A stretch of 64,000 nt of DNA from Heptranchias perlo (lineage: Eukaryota). A program made the translations under genes and the position numbers. Location: positions 62,744,001 to 62,808,000 of the forward strand of contig NC_090334.1 of NCBI RefSeq assembly GCF_035084215.1, given 5' to 3'. The notes under the pieces were generated by a model. It worked only from the letters and a program-made list of their open reading frames with translations, did no database searches and was not told the origin of the DNA. Shown piece after piece: positions 61,738 to 64,000 of the stretch. Every line of letters begins with the position of its first letter. Within the stretch, counting starts at the first letter, position 1.

Positions 61738-63577
61738 TTATAAGGCCTTTGGAATTCTTCTCCGGGAACCCCTACGTGGTGCTACCCCTGTGGCTCCAGC
61801 AGAGGTAGTGGCAGGTTGCTCGTCTTCTTGCCTTGACCGGGTAGATGCTTTTGGCGGACGGCCCCTGGGTTTCGGTGCCCGTGAGGGCACCTCCACAGAC
61901 TGCTCCTCCTGCACCGGGGCAGGGGCAGACTCGGCCACCTGGAGAGGAGGCACCATTGCGGGTGCTGGTTGAGAGGTGGGCGACGGGTGGGACGTGGGGA
62001 CGCCTTGAGAGGCGTCCCCGCTTCCATGTCCCCGGTCACCATCATCCCTCTCTTGGCCTCGGCCCACATCACCCCTTCCACCCTGCTGGACGGCAGTTTG
62101 GATGGCATGTGTGAGGCCTTGCAAGGCCACCCCTAGTGTATCCCTCAGCCTGTTGGTGGCGTCGGAATGTTGCTCACCCTGAATCCGTACAGACGTTGTG
62201 AGGGCCTGCAAGGACTCGAAGTGGAGCTGTGCGTGACGCTCGAGGGAGGCCAGCCTGTCCTCCACCGCAGACAGTCCCGCACCTACCCGCGACACTGTGT
62301 CGCCGGTACCCTCCTGTGCCTGCGCCACCAATGCCCACATGCAGGAGGTGGACTCCTCCATCGCCTGCGCTATTGTGGACAATGCGCGCGGCACCTCTGC
62401 CAGCACCTCAGCAATTAGCTGGTGGCCCTCGACGACTCTCCTTTTCTCTGGTGGCCCCCTGGGTTCAGCATCTGGGTCCGGCTGAGCAGAGCCTGGAGAT
62501 GAGTGCTCCCTCCGTCGCGGACCCTCCGCGGCTGCCCCTGCCACCAGGGTCTGCTCATGCTCACTCGTGCGCAGTGACTCACCAAGTGCTACCCCAACTA
62601 GTTGGCGAGGGGGACCCACCGAGGTGCGTGTCTCTGCGCTGGTGGATGGTTGGCTCTGATGTGACGATGCACCCTCAGAGACCGCCATGTCCTCTGAGGA
62701 ATCGCCCTCCATGCTCGCTTGATCCAAAGACGCACCTGCAAGAGAACAGAGGGCACTTTGAGGCATGTGGACCAACTTGACAGTGCGCCTGATGGCAGGT
62801 GATGATACGGTCACTCGCGATCATGGGTGTTGAGTGTCAGCTTTCCCTTACCGCCCATTTCGGCAGCGACACACTCGCCATCGGCCACCGACAGGCAATG
62901 TCGCGTGCGGGCGAGGTCGAGCGCCTCCACCTCTGCGTCGGTGAGCTCCACCACTTGCGGCGGCCCACCTCCGGTGCGTGCCCTTTCGCGGTTGTTCTTG
63001 CTCCTCTTCTCCTGTGAAGGCAAAACACAGATGTGTGAGTGGGTGCGTCTTGCATCGTGAGACGCATCGAGCATCGGTGTGGTTGGGTTGAGCGTGGCGC
63101 GGAACGGATGGGAGGAAGTGTGGGCCACGTGCCCATCCCATTGCATGGGGATTGGGGTGTGTGGTAGTGTTCGGGTGGGGTCAGGGACGGTGGGTACTTG
63201 CGTGCACGGCGAGGATGGTGAATGAGTGGCTGTGAGGATTGCTGATGGAGCGCAGTGGTGGCTGTGCAGGAGGGGGTTGTGATCTGCTTGGCGTGATGGT
63301 GGGGACGGGATGTGGGAGGGTGCGTTGGTGTACTCACCTTGCCAGACCTAGTCAGGTCATTGAAGCGCTTGCGGCACTGCTCCCAAGTCCTTGGGGTGTT
63401 GCCCCTGCTGCTCACCTCCGCCGCCACCTCTGCCCATGCCTTCCTGGTTGCGGCGGCAGGGAACTTGCGCCCATCCTCAGGGAAGAGTGTTTCCCTCCTC
63501 CTCCTCACGCCCTCCAGCATCAGCTGCAGTGCCAGATCTGAAAAACGGGGCGCAGCCTTTCCCCTTGGTTGAGCCAT
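61738..63577 (-). CDS. Harbinger Myb/SANT-like DNA-binding protein, 3 exons (63577-63338, 63011-62852, 62735-61738), 465 aa
   Basis: Exon 1 is a trihelix domain (PRFS..LF..AW.EVA..V...RTWEQCRKRFNDL). Donors are GTGAGT and GTAAGG, acceptors are CAG, and phases 0 and 1 give an open 1398-bp frame. The C-terminus is basic and NLS-like. Confidence 0.9.
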
Positions 63578-64000
63578 TCTCCCAGACCTCTTGCTTGCAG
63601 CAGGAGGGGCTTTGGGAGACTGCCCCTTTAACTGGAGCTCCTACATCGCGTCGACGGTACTGCGCATGCGCAGCCGGCCGGCACGCAGCTGGGGAGCGCA
63701 GAACCCGGAAGCAGGCCTTAATGGGTCCAATTATCCCGCGATCGCGTGGGGGACGCGAACAATTACCCGTCCGCGTTTTCGACGCTCCCGGAGGACCACC
63801 CGCTGGGAACCCGCAGGCCTGCTAAATTCGAGCCCAAAGAGTCTGCAAAGGGATATAGACAGATTAAGTGAGTGGACAAGAAGGTGGCAGATGGAGTATA
63901 ATGTGGGGAAATGTAGTTATTCACTTTAGTAGGAACAATACAAAATCAGAATATTTTTTAAATGGTGAGAAACTATTAAACATTGGTGTTCAGAGGGATT

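Larger units (their letters stand above)
59654..63835. mobile_element. Intact PIF/Harbinger DNA transposon (4182 bp)
   Basis: The TIRs GGGCTCGA(T/A)TTTAG match at 13/14, with TSD AAA at 59651-59653 and 63836-63838. Removing the element restores CR1 RT (EDTKSLQRDID). It holds two intact convergent genes. Confidence 0.97.
55805..64000 (+). mobile_element. Full-length-type CR1 LINE (5' UTR, ORF1 from about 56510, ORF2 from about 57640), decayed, interrupted by a Harbinger and running off the window end
   Basis: ORF1 has C..C..WE...HICSKC and esterase remnants. ORF2 has ITETW, MGDFN, KSDHN, SQHGFMKGKSCLTNL and FADD. The RT resumes at 63839 (SLQRDIDRLSEW..WQMEYNVGKC). Confidence 0.92.

Noticed and set aside
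60187-63577. Domesticated host genes HARBI1 / NAIF1 / MSANTD
   Set aside because: The genes sit between TIRs with a TSD, interrupt a CR1 and have decayed paralogues in the same window, so they are transposon genes.
59934-63929. Many overlapping antisense and alternate-frame ORFs in the Harbinger
   Set aside because: These are an expected by-product of high GC content and show no recognisable motifs.

Overview
Vertebrate genomic DNA, most likely from a shark or other cartilaginous fish. That assignment is inferred from the repeat families: DeuSINE/SacSINE1-like SINEs, octamer-tailed CR1, Penelope and Harbinger. One host gene is supported: chromogranin A (CHGA) on the + strand, with 7 coding exons from 39730 to 50983 that splice in frame to 465 aa. 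It has a CRE/ETS/TATA-like promoter and an 18/21 RE1/NRSE (REST) site in intron 1. The rest is a dense, nested transposon landscape. It includes two near full-length decayed CR1 LINEs, L2 and other non-LTR fragments, SINEs, MITEs and a 39-bp minisatellite. There are three PIF/Harbinger elements of different ages. One of them (59654-63835) looks fully intact and autonomous, with a DDE transposase, a spliced Myb/SANT partner gene, TIRs and an AAA target-site duplication (TSD). Penelope-like elements carry minimal hammerhead ribozymes on their terminal repeats, including two ~100-bp hammerhead-plus-tail insertions with TSDs. No prokaryotic system, CRISPR array, rRNA or genuine tRNA was found. All calls come from reading the sequence; no searches were run, and boundaries of old repeats are approximate.
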